Below, one piece after another: positions 28,090-36,308 of a stretch of DNA of 45,240 bases. Source of the stretch: a virus (taxonomy: Duplodnaviria > Caudoviricetes); the IMG/VR virus record IMGVR_UViG_3300044836_000011, positions 1-45,240 of that record; one strand, given 5' to 3'. Under the pieces are notes generated by a model. It had not been told where the DNA came from. It saw nothing but the letters and a program-made list of their open reading frames with translations, and ran no database searches. How positions within the stretch are numbered: the stretch's first letter is position 1; each line of letters starts with the position of its first letter. The translations under genes and the position numbers were made by a program.

Positions 28090-28321
28090 GTCGTCTCCCT
28101 GAGCCATACGTCACTTCAACGCGCTCGCGCCACAGCGGGCAGGCATGAGGCTCGCCGGTCTCGCAGTCAGCACAGGGACGCTCCATCGCGTCGAGCACGA
28201 GCGCGCGACGGTAGGCGACAACGCGCACGTCCGCGCCGCCCTCCTGCCACGACTCAACGACCACGACGGCTGGACCGTGAGGGTCCAGCGCGGGTGCGCT
28301 ACCAGCCATGGCGTCTCCCTG
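28077..28321. repeat. 25-bp direct repeats (1 mismatch) at gene junctions
   Basis: CGCTACCAGCCATG(T/G)CGTCTCCCTG at 28077 and 28297. Confidence 0.92.
28079..28309 (-). CDS. Hypothetical protein (CxxC...HxC)
   Basis: GGGAG RBS; bounded by the junction repeats. Confidence 0.6.
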   Translation of the reverse strand: MAGSAPALDPHGPAVVVVESWQEGGADVRVVAYRRALVLDAMERPCADCETGEPHACPLWRERVEVTYGSGRRHGW

Positions 28322-28475
28322 TGAGCGCGGACTTCACCGCGACCGCCTCATGGTGGCCGTTCGCGATGGCCCGCTCGTAGCGCCGGTAAGCGCGGCGGAA
28401 CGCGGGCTTACGCATCTGCTCGGCGAACCACGGGTCGAACTCGTCGGCAAAGGATGCGGCGGCATCAGGCGTCAT
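28299..28475 (-). CDS. Small hypothetical protein
   Basis: FDPWFAEQMRKPAFRRAY resembles N-termini of HTH antitoxins, but no HTH follows. Confidence 0.5.
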   Translation of the reverse strand: MTPDAAASFADEFDPWFAEQMRKPAFRRAYRRYERAIANGHHEAVAVKSALTGRRHGW

Positions 28476-28815
28476 CGAACGGCTCCAACAGGTCGAACGC
28501 CGCAGGGTCGTCGGCGCAGCGGAGACGGGCGTACTCGCCGATCTTGTCGCGTGGGACAAAGCCGCGCTGCTCAGCTATCGGACCGTTGCTGGTGAAGGCG
28601 TAGATCGGCTCAGTCAGACTCGGCCAGAGCGCGCTACAGCCCGTGCGGTCGGCCCGGTCGAACCGCGCCGGGTCGGCGTCGCCCGGCTTCCCCCATTCGC
28701 GGATGACCGCCGCGACTTCCTCGCGAGTGCCGACCGCTTTCGGCGCTTCGACGATGTCAGACCACCACACGTACTCGTCGCGGTCAGGAGCCACCTTCAC
28801 GATGTAGGACGGCAT
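28465..28815 (-). CDS. Hypothetical protein
   Basis: GGAAGGA RBS; TGATG coupling. Confidence 0.65.
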   Translation of the reverse strand: MPSYIVKVAPDRDEYVWWSDIVEAPKAVGTREEVAAVIREWGKPGDADPARFDRADRTGCSALWPSLTEPIYAFTSNGPIAEQRGFVPRDKIGEYARLRCADDPAAFDLLEPFDDA

Positions 28816-29108
28816 CAGACTTCCTTCCGGTCGTAGAGAATCGCCCCTCCGATGCCGCCACCGCTGAGATACGCCATGCAAGTCGAGTAGCCCGGATGCC
28901 CGCACAGGCAGTAGGCGTCCGGCGACGCCGTGTAGAAGCCGATCCTGCCGCCGGTCCCGGGGACGTCATGGGGCAGCGGGTCACCGTTGAGCGCGTCCCG
29001 CTCGCCGTGCTCCAGGCCGAGGTCAGGGTCGATGACGGCTGTGACGTGGCGGCTGTCCCGCTGGTCGCAGCACGGCGGCATCTCCGCCGTGGCATCCGGG
29101 TCAGGCAT
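28815..29108 (-). CDS. Hypothetical Cys-rich protein
   Basis: AGGGGTG RBS; coupled stop. Confidence 0.5.
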   Translation of the reverse strand: MPDPDATAEMPPCCDQRDSRHVTAVIDPDLGLEHGERDALNGDPLPHDVPGTGGRIGFYTASPDAYCLCGHPGYSTCMAYLSGGGIGGAILYDRKEV

Positions 29109-29289
29109 CGACCACCCCTTTCGCTCGCTCCCACGCGGCCCGCACCTGCACGTAGATGACCTCGCCGTCACGGTGCTCGGGACCGCCATGCGGGTCTAGT
29201 TCCCACGCCGACATGTACGGCGAGCAGTAGTCGCGGTCCATCAGCGGCGCGACCGCCTCGGCCAGGGCGCTAAGTGCCTCGTCGGTCAC
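29101..29289 (-). CDS. Hypothetical protein
   Basis: GTGA coupling. Confidence 0.5.
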   Translation of the reverse strand: MTDEALSALAEAVAPLMDRDYCSPYMSAWELDPHGGPEHRDGEVIYVQVRAAWERAKGVVDA

Positions 29290-29891
29290 AGCAGGCCCGC
29301 CAACAGGTCGCGGCCGAGCGTCACATGCCACTCGTCGTGAAGGCTGAGCGAGTCGGTCACGTCGGACAGCAGGACCGCCGAGCCGCACCGCAAGCAGGTC
29401 ACGATGCCGACGCGCAAGCCCTCGGCCTGAATGGCGACAGCATCCGAGTAGTTCTGGCGGCGGGTGGAAGTTACGCCTGTCGTTACATCGCCGGGGTCAA
29501 TGTTAGGTCCTGCGCCGTTCGGCGTCACATCGCTCGCGTCGGCGGGCCGCATCATCTGCATCATGGTCGCCCACTTCCTCCGTCGCGCCCGCGGCCCTTT
29601 TCGGCGCTCGATCAGGGGCCAGATCGCGGTTAGCAACTCGTCGGCAGCGGCAGGCGTATCGGCCTCCGCGATTCCCCCGACGTGTCTTACCTCGGCACGC
29701 CGCAAGGCGGCGGTAAGTGCGCTGAGGATGTCCTTGACCATCGGGTCGCTGACCGTCACCTGTGCGACGAGCGGCCACCATGGCTTGGAGTGGTGGCTCC
29801 CGAGCCGTCGAGTGACGTTGCCCGAGCATCCGACGTAGAGCAGCCGTCCGCTTGCGTCGAAGCAGCGGTACACGGAGTGGTCAGCAGTCAT
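29286..29891 (-). CDS. Protein with N-terminal (probably truncated) GIY-YIG domain
   Basis: VYRCFDASGRLLYVGCSGNVTRRLGSH...KPWW. Confidence 0.65.
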   Translation of the reverse strand: MTADHSVYRCFDASGRLLYVGCSGNVTRRLGSHHSKPWWPLVAQVTVSDPMVKDILSALTAALRRAEVRHVGGIAEADTPAAADELLTAIWPLIERRKGPRARRRKWATMMQMMRPADASDVTPNGAGPNIDPGDVTTGVTSTRRQNYSDAVAIQAEGLRVGIVTCLRCGSAVLLSDVTDSLSLHDEWHVTLGRDLLAGLL

Positions 29892-30099
29892 CGCTGGCCA
29901 ACCCGGTAGACAACGTGCGTCCTTTCGCTTTCGCCCACGCCTCGATGTCCTTCCGCTGCCACACTCTGCCCACTCCGAGGGTCACGATGGGAGCCGGGAA
30001 GTCGGGGTGCGCTGCGAGCTGGTGGACGCGCTGCCGGTTCACGCCGAGCATCCGGCCAATCTCCTGCGCGCCGACGAGGTGATGCACGACGCCGAGCAT
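29881..30099 (-). CDS. AlpA/MerR-like HTH regulator
   Basis: LVGAQEIGRMLGVNRQRVHQL...DFPAP...GRVW...IEAWA. Confidence 0.82.
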   Translation of the reverse strand: MLGVVHHLVGAQEIGRMLGVNRQRVHQLAAHPDFPAPIVTLGVGRVWQRKDIEAWAKAKGRTLSTGLASDDC

Positions 30100-30142
30100 A
30101 GACGTGAGCCTACTAGACGTGCGTATACTAGGCAAGCGTCAA
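30099..30142. promoter_or_regulatory. Divergent promoters with direct-repeat operator
   Basis: Minus strand: TTGCCT-17-TAGGCT-7-ATG (leaderless). Plus strand: TATACT at 30124. TAGACGTG at 30099 and 30114. Confidence 0.55.
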
Positions 30143-30172
30143 CACGCACGGACAGCTCGGAGAGGATGCCCC

Positions 30173-30349
30173 ATGGAGGCTGGTTCCACCACGGAGACGT
30201 TCGTCAAAGACGGCCGCACCTATCACCGGAGCAAGTGCCGCCACTGCCCATGGACGTCAAAGGACCTGCCGTTTCCTGACCCCGCCGCCGCGTTGCATGC
30301 GTTGAAGCTGCACGGCGTTCTCTGCCAAGGGAGGACCAATGCCACCTGA
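30173..30349 (+). CDS. Small Zn-finger-like protein
   Basis: GGAGAGG RBS; CRHC...H...H...C. Confidence 0.55.
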   Translation: MEAGSTTETFVKDGRTYHRSKCRHCPWTSKDLPFPDPAAALHALKLHGVLCQGRTNAT

Positions 30350-30521
30350 CGCTGCGGCGACCGAGCAGCAACCCAACGCCGACGAGGCCGCGTGCGACAA
30401 CGAAGTTCCGAAGCGAGGGAAGATGCTCGGCCGGTTGGGGTGGCACGGACAGTGTGCTTGTTGCTGCGGCCAGGATTCGAAGCGCCAGGAGAAGGCTCGC
30501 GAGAAGCGGTGGCGCCGATGA
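30339..30521 (+). CDS. Small basic Cys-containing protein
   Basis: GGAGGA RBS; coupled to the next gene. Confidence 0.5.
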   Translation: MPPDAAATEQQPNADEAACDNEVPKRGKMLGRLGWHGQCACCCGQDSKRQEKAREKRWRR

Positions 30522-30730
30522 CTGAGAACCCCGTCGTCTCGCGCATGGGTCAGAGCGGCGTTCGTTGGCTGGCATGTACGGCTCCTAATTGGGAGCCCGC
30601 GATCGGCGTGATCGGCTTCTCGGAGCGAGATGTCCGAAAGCAATACCGCAGCCGCATCGTGAAGTGGGCGAAGTTGGGCCTCCCGTTGCGCCCGACCACA
30701 CACCCTGCCCGCACAGCGACACGGCAGTAG
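30518..30730 (+). CDS. Small hypothetical protein
   Basis: ATGA coupling. Confidence 0.45.
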   Translation: MTENPVVSRMGQSGVRWLACTAPNWEPAIGVIGFSERDVRKQYRSRIVKWAKLGLPLRPTTHPARTATRQ

Positions 30731-30790
30731 TTGGGGAAGTAGTGCCCGAGCCTGCGTCGCGTCGTTCCGGGCGCTGACCTGCACTAACGC

Positions 30791-30839
30791 TGGTGGGGCG
30801 GGCCGGACTCGAACCGGCGACCAACGGATTATGAGTCCG
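30791..30839 (-). other. 3' half of tRNA-Ile/Met(CAT): orphan att-like core
   Basis: CGGA-CTCATAA-TCCG anticodon arm, GCCGG-TTCGAGT-CCGGC T-arm, CCA end; no D-arm or 5' strand. Confidence 0.85.
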
Positions 30840-31053
30840 AGGGAGCCTGCCCCGTGAGCGCCAACCGCAGCACGCACCGCTCGTAGTTCGCCCACTGGTG
30901 CACCGTCGCGCGGTTGTGCACCCTCGGCGCGAGATACGCGCATGGCCCCGGTGGCACGATCGGCTGTGGGGCCGGCCGCGTCACGGGACCGGGAAGCAGC
31001 AGCAACGGCACGAGCAGCGAAGTCCACATACCGGACACGGTAGACATACTCAA
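30829..31053 (-). CDS. Small putative secreted peptide
   Basis: Hydrophobic N-terminus, Pro-rich linker, 2 Cys; stop lies in the anticodon loop of the tRNA fragment; start uncertain. Confidence 0.4.
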   Translation of the reverse strand: MSMSTVSGMWTSLLVPLLLLPGPVTRPAPQPIVPPGPCAYLAPRVHNRATVHQWANYERCVLRLALTGQAPSDS

Positions 31054-31079
31054 GGGTGGCTGTCAGGAGATTGGGTGAT

Positions 31080-31366
31080 TGTGTCCAGTTGTGTTGGGCT
31101 GGGCTCGTGTGTCAAAACGTGTGTCACGCCGACCACCATGGGGACACAACCGAACCGAGCCCGACCTATGTAACAGCAGGTCACTGACGTTACCCTCGGT
31201 AACTTCCCTGGTCAGGACGTTGCAGTTCTTCGTTCGCATCGAAGAGGTCCGGGGTTCGACTCCCCGCAGCTCCACCACGAAGAACCGTTGCGGTGCAACA
31301 TGTTCGGCTTCGTTCTACGTCGGTTCGGCTCGTTCCACGTTGGTCCCATGTGTCGCAGGTGTGTCA
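31080..31366 (+). other. attP: attP: core is the 3' half of tRNA-Ala(CGC) (31228-31277), with arm-type repeats
   Basis: CTTCG-TTCGCAT-CGAAG anticodon arm, GGGG-TTCGACT-CCCC T-arm, CTCCACCA end; GTGTGTCA at 31107, 31119 and 31359, variant at 31348; adjacent to int. Confidence 0.87.
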
Positions 31367-32412
31367 CGAGCCTCCATGACGGCCCTAATCCGCGCTCGCG
31401 CGGACGGCGCGGCGTGAACGTAGCGCTGCGTGGTCAGCAGCGACTCGTGGCCCATGAACGCCTGCACCGACGCGACGTCGACGCCGTCCGCGATCAGGTT
31501 CGACGCGCAGGTGTGCCGCAGGTCATGGAACGTCGGCAGCGGCACGGCGAGCCCCGCCTCTCGCACCGCCGGCACCCACACCCGCCGGCGCCAGTTCGAG
31601 TAGTCGAGCGGCTGCCCGTTGTCCGCCGCGAACACAAGCCCTTTCGGGTCACGGCCGTCCAGCTGTACTTTCAGCGCCTCGGCGTCGGTGTCGGTGAAGG
31701 GCAGCGTGCGCCGGGACTTCTTCGACTTCGGGTACGCCTTGACGCCGTCGTGGCGGGTCAGGACTTCCACGACGTGAAGCTCGCGCCGGTCGACGACGAC
31801 CCGGTGCCCGTGCAGGCCCGTCACTTCTCCCCAGCGCGGCCCAAGCCGCCAGGCGAGCCGGACCATCCTCTCGTCCTGCCCGGTGAGCACCTTGAGCAGC
31901 GTCGCCACCTCGTCGTCGGTGAGGATGCGGAACGGCTGCCGCGGCCTCTCCGGAAGGTCGACTCCCCGCGCCGGGTTGCCCCGGATGAGCCCGTGGTCGG
32001 CCGCGGCTTGCAGGATGGTGCCGAAGTGTGCGACCGCCTCGCCGATCGTCGCCGCGCCGACCTTCGCGCGCTGCATGTCGGCGATCCACTCCTGGACGTC
32101 GAGCTTCTCGACGCCGTCCAGTGGCACGTCGCCCCACCGGGGCTCGATGTGGTTACGGATGTGGCTGTCGTTCTTACGCCGCGTGTTCGCCTCGACGACC
32201 CGGCCCTTCAACCACCGCTCATGCCAGGTCGAGAACGCGATCTTGCCGAGGTCCGGGTCACGCCACACGCCCCGGCGCACCTCCGACTCGCGCTCCAACG
32301 CCTCGTCACGCGCCTCAGCCTTCGTCGGGCGGGTGATCGACCGGCGGCGCCCGTCGCGGCCCCGGTAGACCGCGCGCCACTTCCCGGACGGGAGCCGGCT
32401 CATGTAAGGCAC
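31315..32412 (-). CDS. int: Tyrosine integrase
   Basis: GPRWGE, PKSK, FHDLRH, MGH, TQRY catalytic residues; N-terminal arm-binding domain. Confidence 0.96.
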   Translation of the reverse strand: MPYMSRLPSGKWRAVYRGRDGRRRSITRPTKAEARDEALERESEVRRGVWRDPDLGKIAFSTWHERWLKGRVVEANTRRKNDSHIRNHIEPRWGDVPLDGVEKLDVQEWIADMQRAKVGAATIGEAVAHFGTILQAAADHGLIRGNPARGVDLPERPRQPFRILTDDEVATLLKVLTGQDERMVRLAWRLGPRWGEVTGLHGHRVVVDRRELHVVEVLTRHDGVKAYPKSKKSRRTLPFTDTDAEALKVQLDGRDPKGLVFAADNGQPLDYSNWRRRVWVPAVREAGLAVPLPTFHDLRHTCASNLIADGVDVASVQAFMGHESLLTTQRYVHAAPSARARIRAVMEARDTPATHGTNVERAEPT

Positions 32413-32430
32413 GGATCTAGCGTCCCACCT

Positions 32431-33117
32431 TCATCGCGGGACCTCCGTCTTCAGCCTCGCTACGGCCTTGCGGCTAAGAGTGTTGAGAAGGTCCGGGTCG
32501 GAGACGGTGCCCCCGACCGCGATGTGCAGAAGAACGCGCCCTTGCAGGATATAGACATGATCCGACTCGACGGCATCAGCGCCGCGGTCCGAGAGGTGAA
32601 CCGCGAACGTCCGCTGACCGAGTGTCGGGAACGACATCGCCGAAACGGTGCTCGTCGACCCGCCGGAGGTGAACTTAGAGCAGGAGTCGCCTGCCGCCAC
32701 GAGTTGCTGGTACGCCAGCTTGGCCTTCGACGATGTCGGGAAGCTGCTGAGAGTCTCGCCGAAGAACGGGCCATAGTTCGTCTTGGCGAAGAACTCGAAC
32801 AGCCGATGCGTCGGCGTCGTGCGGCCCGGTTTGTTGCAGAGGTAGTTCGTGCCTCCGGAGTCCGGAGCGAGCGTGTTGTAGATGTGGAAGCCCGGCGGCA
32901 TGTCGCGGATCGTGAGCGCCGACGCTCGGAGACGGGCCTCGCTGATCGGCGGCGGCGAAGAAGGCGTTGGCGTCAGGGTGGACGTGCCGGTCGAAGGAAT
33001 TGGGGTGTCGGGGACGGTCTGCGCCTGGCGCGGCGGGCTACCCGTGCATGCGGCCCCTGCAAGCAGACCCGCTAAGAGCATCGCGTAGAACGACGTGGTC
33101 CGTGCACCGACCTTCAC
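32431..33117 (-). CDS. Lipoprotein (candidate superinfection exclusion)
   Basis: Signal peptide ending LLAGAAC; Pro/Thr/Ser linker; extracellular domain with a Cys pair; co-oriented with the repressor. Confidence 0.68.
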   Translation of the reverse strand: MKVGARTTSFYAMLLAGLLAGAACTGSPPRQAQTVPDTPIPSTGTSTLTPTPSSPPPISEARLRASALTIRDMPPGFHIYNTLAPDSGGTNYLCNKPGRTTPTHRLFEFFAKTNYGPFFGETLSSFPTSSKAKLAYQQLVAAGDSCSKFTSGGSTSTVSAMSFPTLGQRTFAVHLSDRGADAVESDHVYILQGRVLLHIAVGGTVSDPDLLNTLSRKAVARLKTEVPR

Positions 33118-33332
33118 GACTTCACCGGCCGCAGCGAGCGCACGTTGTTGCCCGGATAGGGGATGTGCTCTTGCGTCGCATCGGCCCAACCCACTAGGTA
33201 GCCTCGCTCGAACATGTCCAGATGCGGCGGCAGCCACCGCAGCAACGTCATGATGCACACCGACGTTGCCGAGATGATCGCGAGCAGGATCGGCAGTACG
33301 TCCGGCAGGGAACTGAACGGCAGACTGACCGC
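33114..33332 (-). CDS. Small membrane protein (start uncertain)
   Basis: One TM segment; FERGYLVG; stop coupled to the lipoprotein start. Confidence 0.45.
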   Translation of the reverse strand, partial: AVSLPFSSLPDVLPILLAIISATSVCIMTLLRWLPPHLDMFERGYLVGWADATQEHIPYPGNNVRSLRPVKS

Positions 33333-33384
33333 ACCGCTCCCGGTCGCCGCCGACAACGGCGCGAGGCACTGTCTGATACGTAGA

Positions 33385-33903
33385 TCACGTCCCGGTGTCA
33401 TCGCGTTCTCGTTTCCCCTTATGGTCGGCGCCGGCAATGCGGCGTCCGTCTGAGCGCAACCTGTCTCGTCGTGCACGAGCGATTTCCTCCGCTTGGGCCG
33501 TGGACCGTCGTGGCTGTGGGGTGCCACGTACAGCTGCGCGCCGTTCCTCGTTCTCGGCGGCGGCTAGGATTGCATCGACAACGGAGACGATGACCTCCCG
33601 TTGCGGGCGGGTAAGCCGATTGGCTCTTGCGGGCAAGGTGAACGGGCCTGGCGACACGTCGAGTTGATGCCCGGCGGCGCGGCGCACGTCTCGTTCGCGG
33701 AGTCCCAACCGGACGAGCGCCGCGACGGTCTCCTCTCCGATGCGCCCTGAGTGCTCGCCGCTGACGATGAGGCGGAACGTCTCGTACTTCTGGTCGTCAC
33801 CTGCCTCGCGCGCAGCCGCGCGGGCGCTCATGGGCTTCCCCTTGTCGGGGTGGGCCGCGAGGTAGTCGCGCAGCAGGAGCGTGAGCGGCGGCACATCGGT
33901 CAC
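33385..33903 (-). CDS. Immunity repressor (HTH)
   Basis: MSARAAAREAG HTH-like segment; PFTLPARANRLT; divergent from cro and upstream of int. Confidence 0.7.
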   Translation of the reverse strand: MTDVPPLTLLLRDYLAAHPDKGKPMSARAAAREAGDDQKYETFRLIVSGEHSGRIGEETVAALVRLGLRERDVRRAAGHQLDVSPGPFTLPARANRLTRPQREVIVSVVDAILAAAENEERRAAVRGTPQPRRSTAQAEEIARARRDRLRSDGRRIAGADHKGKRERDDTGT

Positions 33904-34019
33904 GATGTGTTCGCGACACGCCGGTATGACAAGGCCGGGAACTTTTTTCTTCGCAAGTAACACCTGATCGGCTCGTCCGAAATGTGGCTCTGGCCTGCGA
34001 CAACGACCATGCCTGCCAC

Positions 34020-34059
34020 TTGACAACCAAGCAAGGAACTCCTAGTGTCAGGTCTGACA
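34020..34059 (+). promoter_or_regulatory. Early lytic promoter with overlapping palindromic operator
   Basis: TTGACA-17-TAGTGT; TGTCA-ggtc-TGACA at 34046-34059. Confidence 0.7.
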
Positions 34060-34088
34060 GTTGGTTGCCAAGGCCGAGGCGAGGGACT

Positions 34089-34412
34089 ATGTCGCAAACC
34101 ACTCGCAAGCGCACAGGAGTCTGGATGCGGCGCAAAGAGAACGGCGCGGTCCTCAAGCGGGCACGCAAAGACGCCGGGCTATCACAAGGCGAACTGGCGT
34201 TCCTCGTGGACTGCTCGCACACGACGATCTACCTGCTCGAAAAAGCCGGCCCCCGCGGCCTCGACACCTGCTCGGAAGAACTCGGTCGGCAGATCGCGCG
34301 GCGCCTGCACCGTCCGGTCGATGATCTGTGGGAGGTCCGCGAGGGCACCCGGCCTCGCTCAACCGCGCGCCGACTGACAACCGGCAAGCCTGCCGCTCGG
34401 GGTGCGGCGTGA
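34089..34412 (+). CDS. cro: Cro-like XRE HTH regulator
   Basis: LKRARKDAGLSQGELAFLVDCSHTTIYLLE. Confidence 0.82.
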   Translation: MSQTTRKRTGVWMRRKENGAVLKRARKDAGLSQGELAFLVDCSHTTIYLLEKAGPRGLDTCSEELGRQIARRLHRPVDDLWEVREGTRPRSTARRLTTGKPAARGAA

Positions 34413-34615
34413 CGTCCCCGCCGCTGCTCAACGCCGACGCTCTCGCGAGACGCCTCGGTGTCAGCCGTGATTGGGCGTACCGGCTGATGGAACGCGGCGA
34501 CATCGCCGTCACCCGACTCGGCCGCAACGTCCGCGTCAGCGAAGACGCGCTCGCCGCCTACATCGCGAGCCGCACCGCGACGCCCCGGAGAAGCCGCAAA
34601 GGAGCAGCGGCATGA
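34409..34615 (+). CDS. xis: Excisionase-like HTH_17 protein
   Basis: LLNADALARRLGVSRDWAYRLMERGDI...RLGRNVRV. Confidence 0.8.
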   Translation: MTSPPLLNADALARRLGVSRDWAYRLMERGDIAVTRLGRNVRVSEDALAAYIASRTATPRRSRKGAAA

Positions 34616-34922
34616 GGGCCACGTCGAACAACCGCCGTCAGGGGAGGCGCGCGCTGCCCGTAGCTGCACGCCGCGGTGGTGTCAGGGCCGTCGTCGCGCC
34701 GCCCCCGTTGAAGGCCGGTCAGAGGTGCGCTGCCCCGTCTGCCGCAACGGCGTCACGCCGACGTCACGCGGGTTCCTGCGGGCGCATCGCGACCTGTTCG
34801 GCAACGACTGCTACGCGAAAGCCCCCGAAGCGGCAAGCCCCTGAAACGTTGCTCGCCCGCCCCGATAGCGACGGGAACGGGCGAGTGGGAGCGCAACAAG
34901 CCGAGCCTACCAAAGGAGCGCA

Positions 34923-35135
34923 ATGATGCAGAACACCGAACGGGTCGCGATCTACCTCCGCGACCGAAGCAGACTCACCCCGGCGCAGCGACGCCGCGTC
35001 GAGAAGCACGAACGGAACGCCGCCGCCGTGCTGAACCGGCAGGCGCGCCGCACCGCGCACCGGCAGGTGTTGCGAGCCGAACGCCGCCGCCGACTGTCGA
35101 TCAAGGCGATGTTCTCCCGGCGCGTGACCGCATGA
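34923..35135 (+). CDS. Small Arg-rich protein
   Basis: AAAGGAG RBS; RLTPAQRRR. Confidence 0.65.
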   Translation: MMQNTERVAIYLRDRSRLTPAQRRRVEKHERNAAAVLNRQARRTAHRQVLRAERRRRLSIKAMFSRRVTA

Positions 35136-35539
35136 CCGCCATGGAAACGACCACCGGACCGAACGCTGACCTGTTCGTCGCGGTGCTCGCGCAGATCGAG
35201 AAGCACCCCGAGACGTGGGTCCAGGATTTCTACCGCTGCGACTCGGGAAGGTGTTTCGCCGGCTGGGCAACCGAACTGTCAGGCGTCCCGTGGCTCCAAC
35301 CCGACGTGCTGGAGAACTCGTTCGTCATCTTCAAGGGACGGGCGATGTCATGTCGGGGTGCAGCGATGGCGCTCCTCGGCATCGACTTCCAGTCGAGCCT
35401 GCGATTGTTCAGCGGCGCCAACACGCTTCACGATCTGTACCGGCAGTCCGCCGAACTGATGCGCGTCGCTGTGACCGAGTTGCGGGAGAAGGTTGCTGCG
35501 GTCGTCGCTGACGGCGCGACACAGGCGGTGCAGTCGTGA
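35132..35539 (+). CDS. Hypothetical phage protein
   Basis: Coupled; IEKHPETWVQ...CFAGWA. Confidence 0.7.
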   Translation: MTAMETTTGPNADLFVAVLAQIEKHPETWVQDFYRCDSGRCFAGWATELSGVPWLQPDVLENSFVIFKGRAMSCRGAAMALLGIDFQSSLRLFSGANTLHDLYRQSAELMRVAVTELREKVAAVVADGATQAVQS

Positions 35540-35760
35540 ACGGCACGGAGCACTACCGCGAAGCCGAGCAGCTACTTGAGCGCGCCAACGAGTGGCTAGA
35601 TGCCGATAGTGGCTGGCGAGGTCGGCTCGCTGATGAGCGGCTGCGATATCGCGACAGCGACACCGCGCAAGCGCAGGTGCACGCGACTCTCGCGCTCGCC
35701 GCTGCCACCGCGCCGTGGATGTCCGCGACGGTACCCGTTGATGCGGCGGTGCAGTCGTGA
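35536..35760 (+). CDS. Hypothetical phage protein
   Basis: EHYREAEQLL...AQVHATLALAAAT; flanked by 16-bp repeats. Confidence 0.7.
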   Translation: MNGTEHYREAEQLLERANEWLDADSGWRGRLADERLRYRDSDTAQAQVHATLALAAATAPWMSATVPVDAAVQS

Positions 35761-36308
35761 GCCGCCCGACCCTCGACACGGCAGTAGCCGGCGCGAAGCC
35801 TGCGCCGGCGATCAGCGACGCCGAAGCCGAAGCTGTCATCGCCGAGATGGCCGCGCGCCGCCCCAACCTGTTCGACCGCGGCGGCGAACTTGGGCCGACA
35901 CCGTCTACGGCCGACGCTCTCGCTGCTGGCGCCCGCGCCGCCGCCGCGTCCGCCACGGACATTCTCGCGGCTGAGACGCGACTCGACCGGTGCCTCGCCG
36001 CGCTCGACAGCGACGACGCGACCCTCGCCGACGTGCGGAACGTGCTGCACGTCCTCGGTCGCAGTCTCACCCCGGTCGACCCGGTGCGGCTCATGGGCGT
36101 CTGCATGCGCCTGTCGGGTGTCCTCGGCCGCTATAGCGCGGACGTCCTGGGCGCGCCACCCGCTGCCCTCAACGACGTCGTGCGGGACTCGCTCGTCGGC
36201 TGCCGCAACGACCTGTGCGGGGCGAAGGTCGCGCCGTGGAGCGACGCCCACAACGGGTGCTGCGACGGGCCTTGCCAAACTGCGTGGCTGCGGACGGTCG
36301 AGTCATGA
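35757..36308 (+). CDS. Hypothetical protein
   Basis: GTGA/ATGA coupling. Confidence 0.55.
   Translation: MSRPTLDTAVAGAKPAPAISDAEAEAVIAEMAARRPNLFDRGGELGPTPSTADALAAGARAAAASATDILAAETRLDRCLAALDSDDATLADVRNVLHVLGRSLTPVDPVRLMGVCMRLSGVLGRYSADVLGAPPAALNDVVRDSLVGCRNDLCGAKVAPWSDAHNGCCDGPCQTAWLRTVES

Noticed and set aside
30791-31277. Functional tRNA genes or tmRNA
   Set aside because: Both fragments lack the 5' acceptor strand and D-arm; the Ala fragment has an anticodon arm, so it is not a tmRNA end
31288-33075. 595-aa plus-strand ORF
   Set aside because: Antisense shadow of the integrase and lipoprotein genes
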